Part shown: positions 1 through 10,766 of the stretch, one piece after another | Layout of the letters: the number at the start of each line of letters is the position of its first letter | Numbering within the stretch: the stretch's first letter is position 1 | Assembly (NCBI GenBank): GCA_951406725.2 | Contig: OX597823.1 | Location: 59,830,001 to 59,894,000 of the forward strand | DNA from: Octopus vulgaris | Lineage: Eukaryota | DNA: 64,000 nt | Direction: 5' to 3' | Notes under the pieces: generated by a model | Told to the model about the DNA's origin: nothing | The model's input: the letters and a program-made list of their open reading frames with translations, nothing else | The model's database searches: none | Made by a program: the position numbers and the translations under genes

Positions 1-39
1 AAAGGATCTGTAAAAACTCTTTCCAGTTTTATAAAAATT

Positions 40-455
40 CCGTTAACTCTAAGCATTTTAAACTCTTCAGCATTTTAAACAGCCATACCCAGCTTTTTAC
101 ACCTACCATAAAATGTCATCCTAAAAATATACAATCACATCATCAAAATTTTAAAGCTACAAGATAATGCATGATTAATTCAAAACAATGTGGACAAAGA
201 AGCATTATGTTTGATAGAATAAGCTCATCAAAATAGGATTAAGGCTTCAGCGTTTAAATGGTCAAAATTTCTACCTGTTTTATGTTCAAGCAAGTGAGAT
301 CTGACCTCTCATACCTACCCTACAAAATTGTTCTCCAAATAAACAATCATATCATGAAAGTTTTGAAGCTATGAAGTAATGAATGATTAGTTCTAAACGA
401 TGTGAATAAATAACCATTACATGTCTAAAGAGTAACCTGAATGTTAAAGGATTAG
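40..455. mobile_element. Two adjacent degenerate copies of a TTAA-type (piggyBac-like) MITE
   Basis: ~42-222 and ~238-455 share 'acctacc..aaaat..caatcacatcat..aagcta..taatg.atgatta'. Ends resemble ttaaccctttagcatt / aatgttaaagggatta. Confidence 0.55.
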
Positions 456-733
456 GATGGTCAAATGTCCAGTCCTTAAAGCACCAGATAGATTGTCTTG
501 AAGTAATCATGCCAGTCCTTTGCACTCAGAGTCTAAATTAGATTAAAAAGCAAGAGGCCTACAGCAAGAGGCCTCATTCAGAGGTGAAACATATCACTGT
601 AAAACGTTAGATTATTCAACTTAATTAAATTAGAAATTCCCTTAGAGTTTAGTTGTAAGACCTATTCACTACCATCTGATAAGAAGCATATTCATACTTA
701 CTAAACACTCATATGTAGTCCTCAACATTGTCA

Positions 734-839
<106 letters not shown>

Positions 840-864
840 AAATAACAACAATAATAATAATAAT

Positions 865-1020
865 CCTTTCAACTAAAAGCACAAGGCCTGAAATTTTGGG
901 GGAGAGGACTGGTTGATTACATTGGCCCCAGTATTTCACTTGAACTTAATTTACCAACCCCGAAAGAATAAAAGGCAAAGTCAACCTCAATGGCATTAGA
1001 ACTTAGAATGTAGCAACAGG
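865..1020 (-). mobile_element. tRNA-derived SINE, family B (central 'gttgactttgcctttcatcctttcggggtcgataaaataagtaccag' domain, Meta-domain-like)
   Basis: Same family recurs at ~1880-2030(+), 2885-3070(-), 9925-10140(+), 18155-18365(-), 31465-31670(-), 34327-34540(-), 34650-34870(+), 37838-38285(- x2), 38700-38915(-), 52245-52465(-), 52765-53210 and 54000-54390(-). Confidence 0.8.
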
Positions 1021-1341
1021 TGAGCATCATAGCCATGTGTTGAGAAAAATTCTTTGGGGTTTGAATAATTCACCTCTGGAAACATGAGTGATTTGCTCTT
1101 CATCCTTAACCAACCCTTATTCAGGGACCTTTTGAGTAGGATGGGCTACTTGACCTAAAACAAATTCTAACTGGGCCCCCACCTGCAAAGTCATGTCCTG
1201 TTTATCTTGATATGTCATGCACATACGGTTGTGGTGCATGTGTTTGGTGTATTCTTATCAGACAGGTGGTCATAATGGATATATTGGCTTCGTATATTTT
1301 ACCCTAGTGCAACTTTGATGGCATGCACTGCTCTCTCACTC
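1021..1341 (+). mobile_element. 3' end of R4/Dong-like non-LTR retrotransposon with (TAA)n tail
   Basis: Begins with codons for HVLRKIL (compare LLGTAHILRKVL at RLE C-termini), then a long 3' UTR running into (AAT)n at 1342-1445. Confidence 0.5.
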
Positions 1342-1360
1342 AATAATAATAATAATAGTG

Positions 1361-1425
<65 letters not shown>

Positions 1426-1443
1426 GATAATAATACTAATAAT

Positions 1444-1476
<33 letters not shown>

Positions 1477-1500
1477 AAAACAAGTATAGTATTTAATGCT

Positions 1501-1601
1501 TTATAGGACATACATTTGTTTCATTAAAATGCCAAACTAATTACATAACAGTTGTTGGAACATTGAGTAATATTGCACTTCACCTCATCAGTATCCTGCA
1601 A
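1501..1601 (-). ncRNA. Type I hammerhead ribozyme with long stem II
   Basis: Minus strand: ttgcaggata CTGATGA ggtgaagtgc...gcattttaat GAAAC aaat GTA tgtcctataa. Stem I aggata/tgtcct, stem II gaagtgc/gcatttt, core intact, GUA cleavage triplet. Confidence 0.7.
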
Positions 1602-2163
1602 TATATATATATATATGCTAAAGAGCAGCCCATAACTATGCAGAGTATGGACATCAGTGTGTGAAGTATTTTAAAAATACCAGTTACCCCAATGTACATT
1701 GCTACATAGAAACTAATAAACTACTAAACATAGGATGTACCAGGACAAGCAAAAGAAGCGATATTAAAGTACATTAACTGAAATACAACTGGTAAAATTC
1801 AGTGCAGCAACTTCCCTAAATGACACATGGAAAAAATATCTATCTAAGTTGTAACATATATAGTAGTATTTCTCCCAATTTTACATTCTGAATTCAAATG
1901 CTACTAGGGTTGGCTTTACCTTTCATTCTTTTGGAATCAATAAGATAAGTACTAGATGAGCACTAGGATTGATGTCATTGACTTACCCACTTTCCAGAAA
2001 TCGCTGTCCTAATGCCAACATTTAAAATCAATGTGTTGTTAGAATACAGTCCAAGGAAGTTTATCAAGTTGAGGAGCGTTGTAGGTGCATGCAAAGAAAG
2101 AAAATGAACTCTATAAGTCTTATAATATGGACTGCAAATAAAAAGTTTTAACAAGTATAGGCA

Positions 2164-3352
2164 CAGGTAATGTCTGCTTCTTGTTGAAGTTATATATTTG
2201 TTCTCTTTGCTTGTTCCATATTCATCTCAGACAGGAAGCTTGTTTATATTGAAAGTAGTGAAGGTAACCAAAAGGAGAAATTGCACTAGACATCAACTAA
2301 GGTCACTTTCACGTGATGCCTAGTTGAATTTCCCACTCTATGTTATCTGCTCTGTCACTGGAGCCACTATGAGTCCACAGATAGGTGTGTTGGTGCCACA
2401 TTGAATCACTTTCTGAGAGGACACTATCGAATATTGTACTAAGTAGCTTGCTTATGGACATCACTGGTTCTGGGTTTAGTCCCACTGCGTGGCATCTATG
2501 GGCAAGTGTCTTCTACTATAACCTCGGGCTGACCAAAGCCTTGTGAGTGGATTTGATAGATGGAAACTGAAAGAAGCCCGTCGTATATATGTATATATAT
2601 ATATATGTGTGTGTATGTGTGTGTATGTGTTTGTCCCCCTAGCATTGCTTGACAACCGATGCTGGTGTGTTTATGTTACCATCACTTAGAGGCTCGGCAA
2701 AAAGAGACCGATAGAATAGGTACTGGGCTTACAAAGAAGAAGTCCCAGGGTCGATTTGCTCGACTAAAGGTAGTGCTCCTGCATGGCTGAAGTCAAATGA
2801 CTGAAACAAGTAAAAGAGTAGGTAGGATATTTTGTTATTGAACAAACTAGGCTTTGTTCAATAATGAAAGGTGTACTACTTCATAATGGTTTCAAATTTT
2901 GGCATAAAGTGAATTAAATCAACCCCATTGCTCAGCCAGTACTTATTTTATCAACCCTGAAAAGATGAAAGGCAAAGTCGGCCCCAGTAACATTTAAAGC
3001 CAGAACAAAAAGACAGCCGAAATGCTGCAAAGCCTTTTACCTGGAATGTTAATGATTCTGCCAGCTTACTGATTTAGTACAATATTCCATAGTGTCCTCT
3101 CAGAAAGTGATTCAATGTGGCACCAACACACCTATCTGTGGACTCATAGTGGCTCCAGTGACAGAGCAGATAACATAGAGTGGGAAATTCAACTAGGCAT
3201 CACGTGAAAGTGACCTTAGTTGATGTCTAGTGCAATTTCTCCTTTTGGTTACCTTCACTACTTTCAATATAAACAAGCTTCCTGTCTGAGATGAATATGG
3301 AACAAGCAAAGAGAACAAATATATAACTTCAACAAGAAGCAGACATTACCTG
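2164..3352. repeat. 279-bp inverted repeat (2164-2442 / 3074-3352) with 631-bp spacer
   Basis: Arms are reverse complements; one mismatch seen (2428/3088). Confidence 0.95.
2440..2820 (+). mobile_element. tRNA-derived SINE, family A (octopus OK/OR-like; internal TA/TG microsatellite, 'actgaaacaagtaaaagag' tail)
   Basis: Other copies at 4525-4935(-), 5895-6120(-), 6760-6990(-), 12410-12580(-), 20760-21310(-), 24925-25287(-), 30845-31250(-), 41405-41760(+), 43115-43540(-), 43855-44320(-), 47100-47280(+) and 51829-52240(+). Full copies have A/B-box-like heads. Confidence 0.85.
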
Positions 3353-4124
3353 CTGTAAAGTCAATATTTGGAATTAACGAATCAGTTAGTTGACATTTTT
3401 AATTAAAATTCTCGTGTTCTACTCCAGCACTTTAGTACATTTCATTTAATGTCTTTGTAGACAATATTCTTTGTTTCTTTCTTTTTCTTTTCTCTTTTTG
3501 TACTGTACATATATATTCACTGCCCTTTGTACGGTAAGGTACCTTCCTAGAGAAGTATGTGTGTCTATTTGCCATTATACATAACCATGTATTTTTACAA
3601 TTTCCTGGGAAGTGAGGTTAATCAGTACTTTTGCGTTCACCCATAAACACTTAAATTCAAAGTAAAAATTTTCTTACATTACTACTTTTTAAAAATTGTC
3701 TTTAATCATTTCAGCATACAAGATTAAGACTGTCGTTATATTTTATTTATTTAAAGATATATTTACTATTAATGTTGCTAAGTAATCTTTCATCTCCTCT
3801 GTATGCATTATTGAGGCATTTTGTTATGTTATATCTCAAGGCTTGTCAATGTAATTTTTAATTTCACAAAATTATTAATCTTTTATTTTTATGTATTTGT
3901 CCATTGACTAACCACTTAGAATAGCCATATCAGTATGTAGATTTGTTTATGTCTATTTCTGTATGTCTATTCATATTTCTATATATCAAAGTTCTTTTAA
4001 CATCTGAAGTTTCACGAGCTTTTATTTTTTTAAATAATGTTTCTAACATTGACAATTTGTACATATCTCTATATTCAGGCATTACATTCACACACACACA
4101 TTCATACACACACAGTGTGTGCGC

Positions 4125-4165
<41 letters not shown>

Positions 4166-4168
4166 TGT

Positions 4169-4205
<37 letters not shown>

Positions 4206-4315
4206 CTGGAATATATTTATGCTTCAAAGAAGATTGAGAAGACTACAGTTTCTTAAAGAACACAATGCATTAAAATAAAGAGCATACATTCATCTCTCAA
4301 GGATTAAATCTTTAC

Positions 4316-4349
<34 letters not shown>

Positions 4350-5121
4350 TATCATCGTCACTATCATCATCATTTAATGACTGTTTTCCATGCTGGCATG
4401 GGTTGAACAGTTTGACAGGAACTGGGTCAATCAGAGAGCTGCACCAAGTTCCAATTGTCTGTTTTGGTATGGTTTCTACAGCTGGATGATCTTCCTAGTG
4501 CCAACCAAATTTACTGAGTGTATTACTCTTTTACTTGTTTCAGTCATTTTGACTGCGGCCATGCTGGAGCACCACCTTTAGTCAAGCAAATCGACCCCAG
4601 GACTTATTCTTTGTAAGCCTAGTACATATACTATAGATCTCTTTTGCCGAACCGTTAAGTTATGGAGACATAAACACACCACCATCAGTTGTCAAGCGAT
4701 GTTGGGGGGAAAAAACACAGACACACAAACATATACACACACATACACACACACACATATATACATATATACGATGAGCTTCTTTCAGTTTCTGTCTACC
4801 AAATCCATTCACAAGGTTTTGGTCAGCTTGAGGCTATAGTAGAAGACACTTGCCCAAGGTGCCACGCAGAGGGACTGAACCCAGAACCATGTGGCTGGTA
4901 AGCCAGCTACTTACCACACAGCCACTCCTGTGCCTATATTAGGTGCTTTTTTTATGTGGCACCAGCTTACATAAATATCATTTCACATGTAAGAAGGTAT
5001 AATCAATAGTATACATGAATATTGCAGAATAAGATATAAAAGAGGCAATATCCTCTGAAGAAACAATTGCAGCAATGGAAGAAGTTCAAACTTAATAGAT
5101 TAAAGTACCATACCTACTCAT

Positions 5122-5625
5122 TCATCATCATCATCATCATCATCGTTTAACGTCCGCTTGCCATGCTAGCATGGGTTGGATGAATTTGACTGAGGGCTGG
5201 TGAACCACATGGCTGCACCAGGCTCCAATCTTGATCTGGCTGAGTTTCTACTGCTGGATGCCCTTCCTAACACCAACCCCTCCGAGAGTGTAGTGGGTGC
5301 TTTTTACATGCCACCGGCATGGGGGCCAGTCAGGCAGTACTGGCAATAAACTCGCTCGAATCTTTTTACACAGGTGCCAGTAAGGTGCCTTTTATGTGCC
5401 ACTGGCACGGAAGCCAGTTAGCCACTCTGGCAACGATCACACTCGGATGGTGCTCTAGGCACTCTACTAGCATGGCAGAAGTGCCGGTAAGGTAATGCTG
5501 GTAACAATCACACTCGAATGGTACCATTTATGTGCCAGTGGCACGGAAGCCAGTTAGCCACTCTGTCAACAATCATGCTCATATAGTGCCCTTTGCACCC
5601 TGCTAGCATGGATACCAGTCATCAA
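5122..5625 (-). mobile_element. RTE LINE 3' UTR fragment with (GAT)n tail
   Basis: Matches 27750-28200, which is contiguous with an RTE RT C-terminus. Confidence 0.8.
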
Positions 5626-6275
5626 ATTAAAATAAAAAATACGAGGCATGATGGGAGAAGTAAAAGATACTGAAAGCAGAAGCCTTGAATTATCTAGTTA
5701 TTTACTAATGAATATATTATATTGCTTTTGGCTATAAAACACAACATGTGTAAGAAATATATCCTGTAGCTAATGGTGTGTCTGTTAGCAAACTGGTGGA
5801 GTCTAGTTATAGATTCTACTGCTTAAAAGTAACAAATGAATTCAAAAGTTTTTAGTTTAAAATGTGAGTTACATTTTTAATGAACTATTTAATTCTTTTA
5901 TTCTTTACTTGTTTCGGTCATTTGGTCGTGGCCATGTTGGAGCATCGCCTTGATGAGTTTAAGTCAAACAAAATCGACTCCAAGACTTATTCTTTGTAAG
6001 CCTAGTACTTATTCTATCAGTATCTTTTGCTGAACCACTAAGTTATAAAGACATAAACACACCAATGCCAATTGTCAAGCAGTGATGGGGAACAAACACA
6101 GATGCAAAGTCACATACACACACATATATATATATACATTAATATATATATATATATATGTGTGTGTGTGTATGTGTATATATGTATAACTTTATTATAT
6201 TATATGTATATAACTATATGTATATAACTATATATATATAACATTATTTAACTTTTATATATATATGTGTGTGTG

Positions 6276-6386
<111 letters not shown>

Positions 6387-6389
6387 CAA

Positions 6390-6720
6390 GGTGCATGGCT
6401 CAGTGGTTAGAGTGTTGGGCTCACACAATCATGAGGCATGAGTTCAATTTCTAGACTGGGCTGTGCGTGTTGTGTTCATGAGCAAGACACTTTATTTCAC
6501 ATTGCTCCAATTCACTCAGCTGTTTAAATGTGTTGCGACATCACTGGGGTTAAGCTGTATCAGCCTTCCCCTTGGATTACATCGTTGACATGGAGAGGAG
6601 AGGCTGCTATGCATGGGCAACTGTTGATCTTCCATAAACAACCTTACCCGAACTTGTATCTCGGAGGGGAACTTTCTAGGTGCAATCTCATGGTCATTCA
6701 TGACCAAATGGGTCTTTACC
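6390..6720 (+). mobile_element. tRNA-derived SINE (CORE-like 'tgagcaagacactttatttcac')
   Basis: A-box tggctcagtgg, B-box-like gagttcaatt, followed by the body. Confidence 0.7.
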
Positions 6721-7722
6721 CTATATATAATATATATATGTACACGTTTATATATATTCATTCTTTTACTTGTTTCAGCCACTTGACTGCAGCACTGCCT
6801 TAAAGGGTTTTATTCAAAGAAATCGACCCCAAGACTGATGTCCTTCTTTCAGTTTCCATATACCATATCCGCTCACAAGGCTTTGGTCGGCTCGAGGCGA
6901 TAGTAGAAGACACTTGCTCAAGGTGCTACGCAGTGGGACTGAACCCAGAACCATGTGGTTCCAGATTCAGCAAACTTCTTACTACAGATAACCTAATTTA
7001 TTTGTAGTCATTGAAGTATTTTTTTTCCTTTCTCATACGTGTATACATCACTCCTTTTAAGGAGAGGTCTCTTGATAGGGCAACGTGTGTATCACGTTTT
7101 ATCATCTTTAATCCTGTATTTCAAAAGTTCCCAAGGGAAGTAAAATTTACTCATTAATTATTAGCCCTTTTGCTGTCGCCTACCAATGCTTACATTCGAA
7201 AAATAAATTATCCAACATAAGTACGATTTTTTTTTTAATTATCTTTAATCTTTTCAACATGTAAGTTTAAGTTTGTCGGTGTGTTTTATTCATTTAACGT
7301 TTTATTTATGAAGGAATTTTCTCAGTAGTCTTTCATCTCTTCTGTAACATTCATGCTTTTTGTTATATGATCGAATCTTGTTTACAACGAACGTCTCAAG
7401 ACTTAGTAATAATATTTTTACTCTCAAGAAATTATTAATCTTACAATTTTATATATATGTATATTTTTTCGTCGATTAAGTTCTTACAGTATCCACTTGA
7501 ATATGTGCAATTGTTTGTTGTTATTTTCTTATTTTTTTATGTTTCCACTCCTATTTCAATATTTCAAAGTTTCATTAATACCGAGTGTTTCATGTGCACT
7601 TTGAAGTAATGGTTATAACGTTGCTACTTTGCACGCATCTATATACATACACATCACTGACACATATATTCTCTTTATATATACCTTACATTAACATATA
7701 TTATAGAAGCACAGTGTGGTTC

Positions 7723-7754
<32 letters not shown>

Positions 7755-7882
7755 AGTAAAAATTTAGATTCAGATGAATATGGTACTTAAGTTGAGGCAC
7801 CAGAATTTAGTATGGTATTATCCATACAATTTAAAATAAGGGGATTATAATCAAAATAAGCAACAAGGTAATGCAGAGGTAA

Positions 7883-7969
7883 TACAGTACGAACGTTTCA
7901 TGCGACTCCATTTAATTGAACAATGCAAACATTACATAAATTTAAAATGTAGAGCAATCTTCAGCTGTA
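7883..7969 (-). ncRNA. Type I hammerhead ribozyme
   Basis: Minus strand: tacag CTGAAGA ttgc...gcat GAAAC gttc GTA ctgta. Core intact, 5-bp stem I. Confidence 0.75.
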
Positions 7970-8131
7970 CAAAAACATAGAATCTAATTAAATTTGAAGG
8001 ACGCATTAGTATAATTTTATCCAAAATCTCCAAGAGGATGAGGAGATAGACAAAGAACATATTTTACCAAAAACTTCGCAATTGTAACTCAAATTTAAAT
8101 CCTTCAAATTTAATTAAATTCTATGTTTATG

Positions 8132-8218
8132 TGTAGCTGAAGATTGCTCTACATTTTAAATTGATGTAATGTTTGTATTGTTCAATTAAATGGAGTCGCA
8201 TGAAGCAATCGTACTGCA
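8132..8218 (+). ncRNA. Type I hammerhead, mutated copy (GAAA to GAAG)
   Basis: tgtag CTGAAGA ttgc...gcat GAAGC aatc GTA ctgca. Confidence 0.6.
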
Positions 8219-8249
8219 TTACCTCTGGATATCCTTGTTGCTTATTTTG

Positions 8250-8308
<59 letters not shown>

Positions 8309-8490
8309 ACCGTTGGCCGATTTTTTCCTCTGTCTTCCCTTCTCTGGATCTTTCCTTCTCTTATGTTTCCGACGAAGAGCTCCGCTCGAAACGTTAAACC
8401 CTCCTTCTTGCCTTCTTTCCTGAGCGTCCAATAATACTATATTTGTTCCACGTCGCGTTGTTGTGTTTTTTTGTGTTTTCTTGTTTGGAT

Positions 8491-8495
<5 letters not shown>
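8309..8495 (+). mobile_element. Short PLE-type pLTR element with minimal hammerhead (8365-8399)
   Basis: gttt CCGACGA a gagc tcc gctc GAAAC GTT aaac (U4 to C in this copy). Homologous to 46185-46370; flanked by microsatellites. Confidence 0.7.
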
Positions 8496-8542
<47 letters not shown>

Positions 8543-8756
8543 AATAAATCTCTGAGCGAGATATAAACAGTAATTGCTCTATAACATAAGGGGGATCAGC
8601 CATCTGAATGTGGCTAGGGTCAGGGCGGGGTGGTGGGGGTGTTACTGATGCATTTAGCCCCAGGCGAACATCAACGTCACCAGAAGGGCTGACACCATCT
8701 CGGTGTCCTTGCCAGCCTGCAAAGGGAGATCAGCCTCCCCGAAGATACGGATACTA

Positions 8757-8799
8757 CACACGGACCGGTTTCGAGGTTATTGCCTCTTGTCAACGTATG
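8757..8799 (-). ncRNA. Type I hammerhead ribozyme, U3-A8 core variant
   Basis: Minus strand: catacg TTGACAA gagg caataa cctc GAAAC cg GTC cgtgtg. Confidence 0.8.
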
Positions 8800-9199
8800 G
8801 TAAGCACCGCTCTTCGTTGAGGGACTTCCCCTACAGGCTGGATATATAGGGATTTTCACAGTAACCACAGTCACTGGCGTAGAAAATCCGTTCGAAAACA
8901 ATAATAAATCTCTGAGCGAGATATAAACAGTAACTGCTCTATAACATAAGGGGGATCAGCCATCTGAATGTGGCTAGGGTCAGGGCGGGGTGGTGGGGGT
9001 GTTACTGATGCATTTAGCCCCAGGCGAACATCAACGTCACCAGAAGGGCTGACACCATCTCGGTGTCCTTGCCAGCCTGCAAAGGGAGATCAGCCTCCCC
9101 GACGATAACGGATTTTCTACGCCAGTGGCTGTGGTTACTGTGAAAATCCCTATATATCCAGCCTGTAGGGGAAGTCCCTCAACGAAGAGCGGTGCTTAC

Positions 9200-9242
9200 C
9201 ATACGTTGACAAGAGGCAATAACCTCGAAACCGGTCCGTGTG
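9200..9242 (+). ncRNA. Type I hammerhead ribozyme, U3-A8 core variant (inverted copy)
   Basis: catacg TTGACAA gagg caataa cctc GAAAC cg GTC cgtgtg; predicted cleavage after C9236. Confidence 0.8.
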
Positions 9243-9419
9243 TAGTATCCGTATCTTCGGGGAGGCTGATCTCCCTTTGCAGGCTGGCAAGGACACCGAG
9301 ATGGTGTCAGCCCTTCTGGTGACGTTGATGTTCGCCTGGGGCTAAATGCATCAGTAACACCCCCACCACCCCGCCCTGACCCTAGCCACATTCAGATGGC
9401 TGATCCCCCTTATGTTATA

Positions 9420-9457
<38 letters not shown>

Positions 9458-10766
9458 ATCTAGAAGCATCGATCTTTGAAGCAGCGTAGCAGTATTATTT
9501 ATTGACGAATTCTCATCAAATTCTGCAGTGAGACACCGAAGAAACATGAAAAAAATCGTGGGTCTGGGATCCATCGAAGCTAAATCACGGTTGAGTTAAA
9601 ATAAATAATATAGATACAGAAAGCTGCAATAAGGTAGAGCTGAATAGGAGTGTTAGTTCGAAGTACAAAAACAGTGAATTTCACGTCAAGCTATTTTTCT
9701 CTTTCAGCCCTTCTTATATAACGTTCATTCTCTCACTCTCATGTATAAATTTTCTCACCTATCTCTTACAGCATTATATCTGAGTATTTTATATGCGTAA
9801 ACAAATTGAAACATGAAACAAGGATAGAATAAATCATTTTAGCTCTCATGGCATCTGGAATCAGTAGCTTAATTTCAACGAAGAATTTTGATAACAACAA
9901 TATTTCAATATATGCTCTGTGATGAAGGCAGTCTGCTAACCGAACCATTAGCACGTCGAGTAAAGCACTTAGCAACATTTCGTCTATCGTTACGTTCCGA
10001 GTTCAAATTTTGCCAAGATTAACTTAGCCTTTAATCCTTTTAGAGATGATAAACTAAATACCAGTTGAGTATTGGGATCGATGTAATCGAATTACCTACT
10101 TCCCTGAAAATGCTGGCCTTGTGCAAAAATTTCAAACCAATATATGTTACGCAATGCTTATTACTTATATATTTAGGGCGAACAAAAGTGTTTCAACTAC
10201 TGGCACAAGGCCTGCAATTTTGCGGGAAGAGATAAGTTGATTACTGCTAGTACTTATTTTATCGAACCCGAAAGAATGAAAGGCCAAAACTGACAAATTT
10301 TCACTTGCGTAAACTTAAACAAGATTGTTATAAAGACCTGAAAGTGTCCATTTCTGAATTCTCTCTTGTTTTCATTTGAATTCACTAACCACGTGACCTA
10401 TAATTATCATTATTGCTTTATAGTACTAATGACATACTACGAGATCAATATATTTGTTGGTATTCAGGGGTAAAAAATGCATAATTATGTATGACTAATG
10501 TTTGTTGTTATGCCTCCGAAAATTTGCTTTTATTTTATTTTTCTCTTATGTTACACTGATATTTGTACCAACCATAATTTTTTAATTTTTCCTTAAAGAC
10601 AGTACAGAATACTTTGAGAGATATTTGACAACTATTTCTAGTAGTTCAAGTGATCACATAGAATCCTCTATCTGTAAGCATAACAATAAAAGCGAAAATA
10701 CTCCTCAGCTGAGAGTTCCTTGATGAATTATGTACCAAAGCGAAATCAGTGTGCCTCTACTAACAG

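Larger units (their letters stand above)
7755..8255. mobile_element. PLE-type pLTR remnant with inverted copy (7846-8001 / 8100-8255); each arm carries a hammerhead
   Basis: Inverted arms of ~156 bp at ~88% identity, with (TA)n on both sides. Confidence 0.75.
8539..9419 (-). mobile_element. Young non-coding PLE-type/retrozyme element: 360-bp unit + 204-bp tandem partial + 313-bp inverted copy
   Basis: 8539-8898 repeats at 8899-9102 (1 mismatch). 9107-9419 is the reverse complement of 8580-8892 (1 mismatch). (TA)n on both flanks; contains a hammerhead. Confidence 0.85.

Noticed and set aside
1545-1595. Apparent minus-strand micro-exon (DTDEVKCNITQCSNNCY)
   Set aside because: It lies wholly within the hammerhead motif and has a poor polypyrimidine tract.
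2835-2864. 12-bp hairpin ttattgaacaaa/tttgttcaataa
   Set aside because: Short and AT-rich, with no supporting context.
8539-9102. Direct repeat read as LTRs or a CRISPR array
   Set aside because: No TG..CA ends, PBS or PPT, no spacers, and a eukaryotic context.
8608-9391. Duplicated 65-74 aa ORFs (MWLGSGRGGG.., ..VKIPIYPACRG..)
   Set aside because: They are by-products of the GC-rich repeated unit; no recognisable domain, and the RNA structure explains the sequence better.
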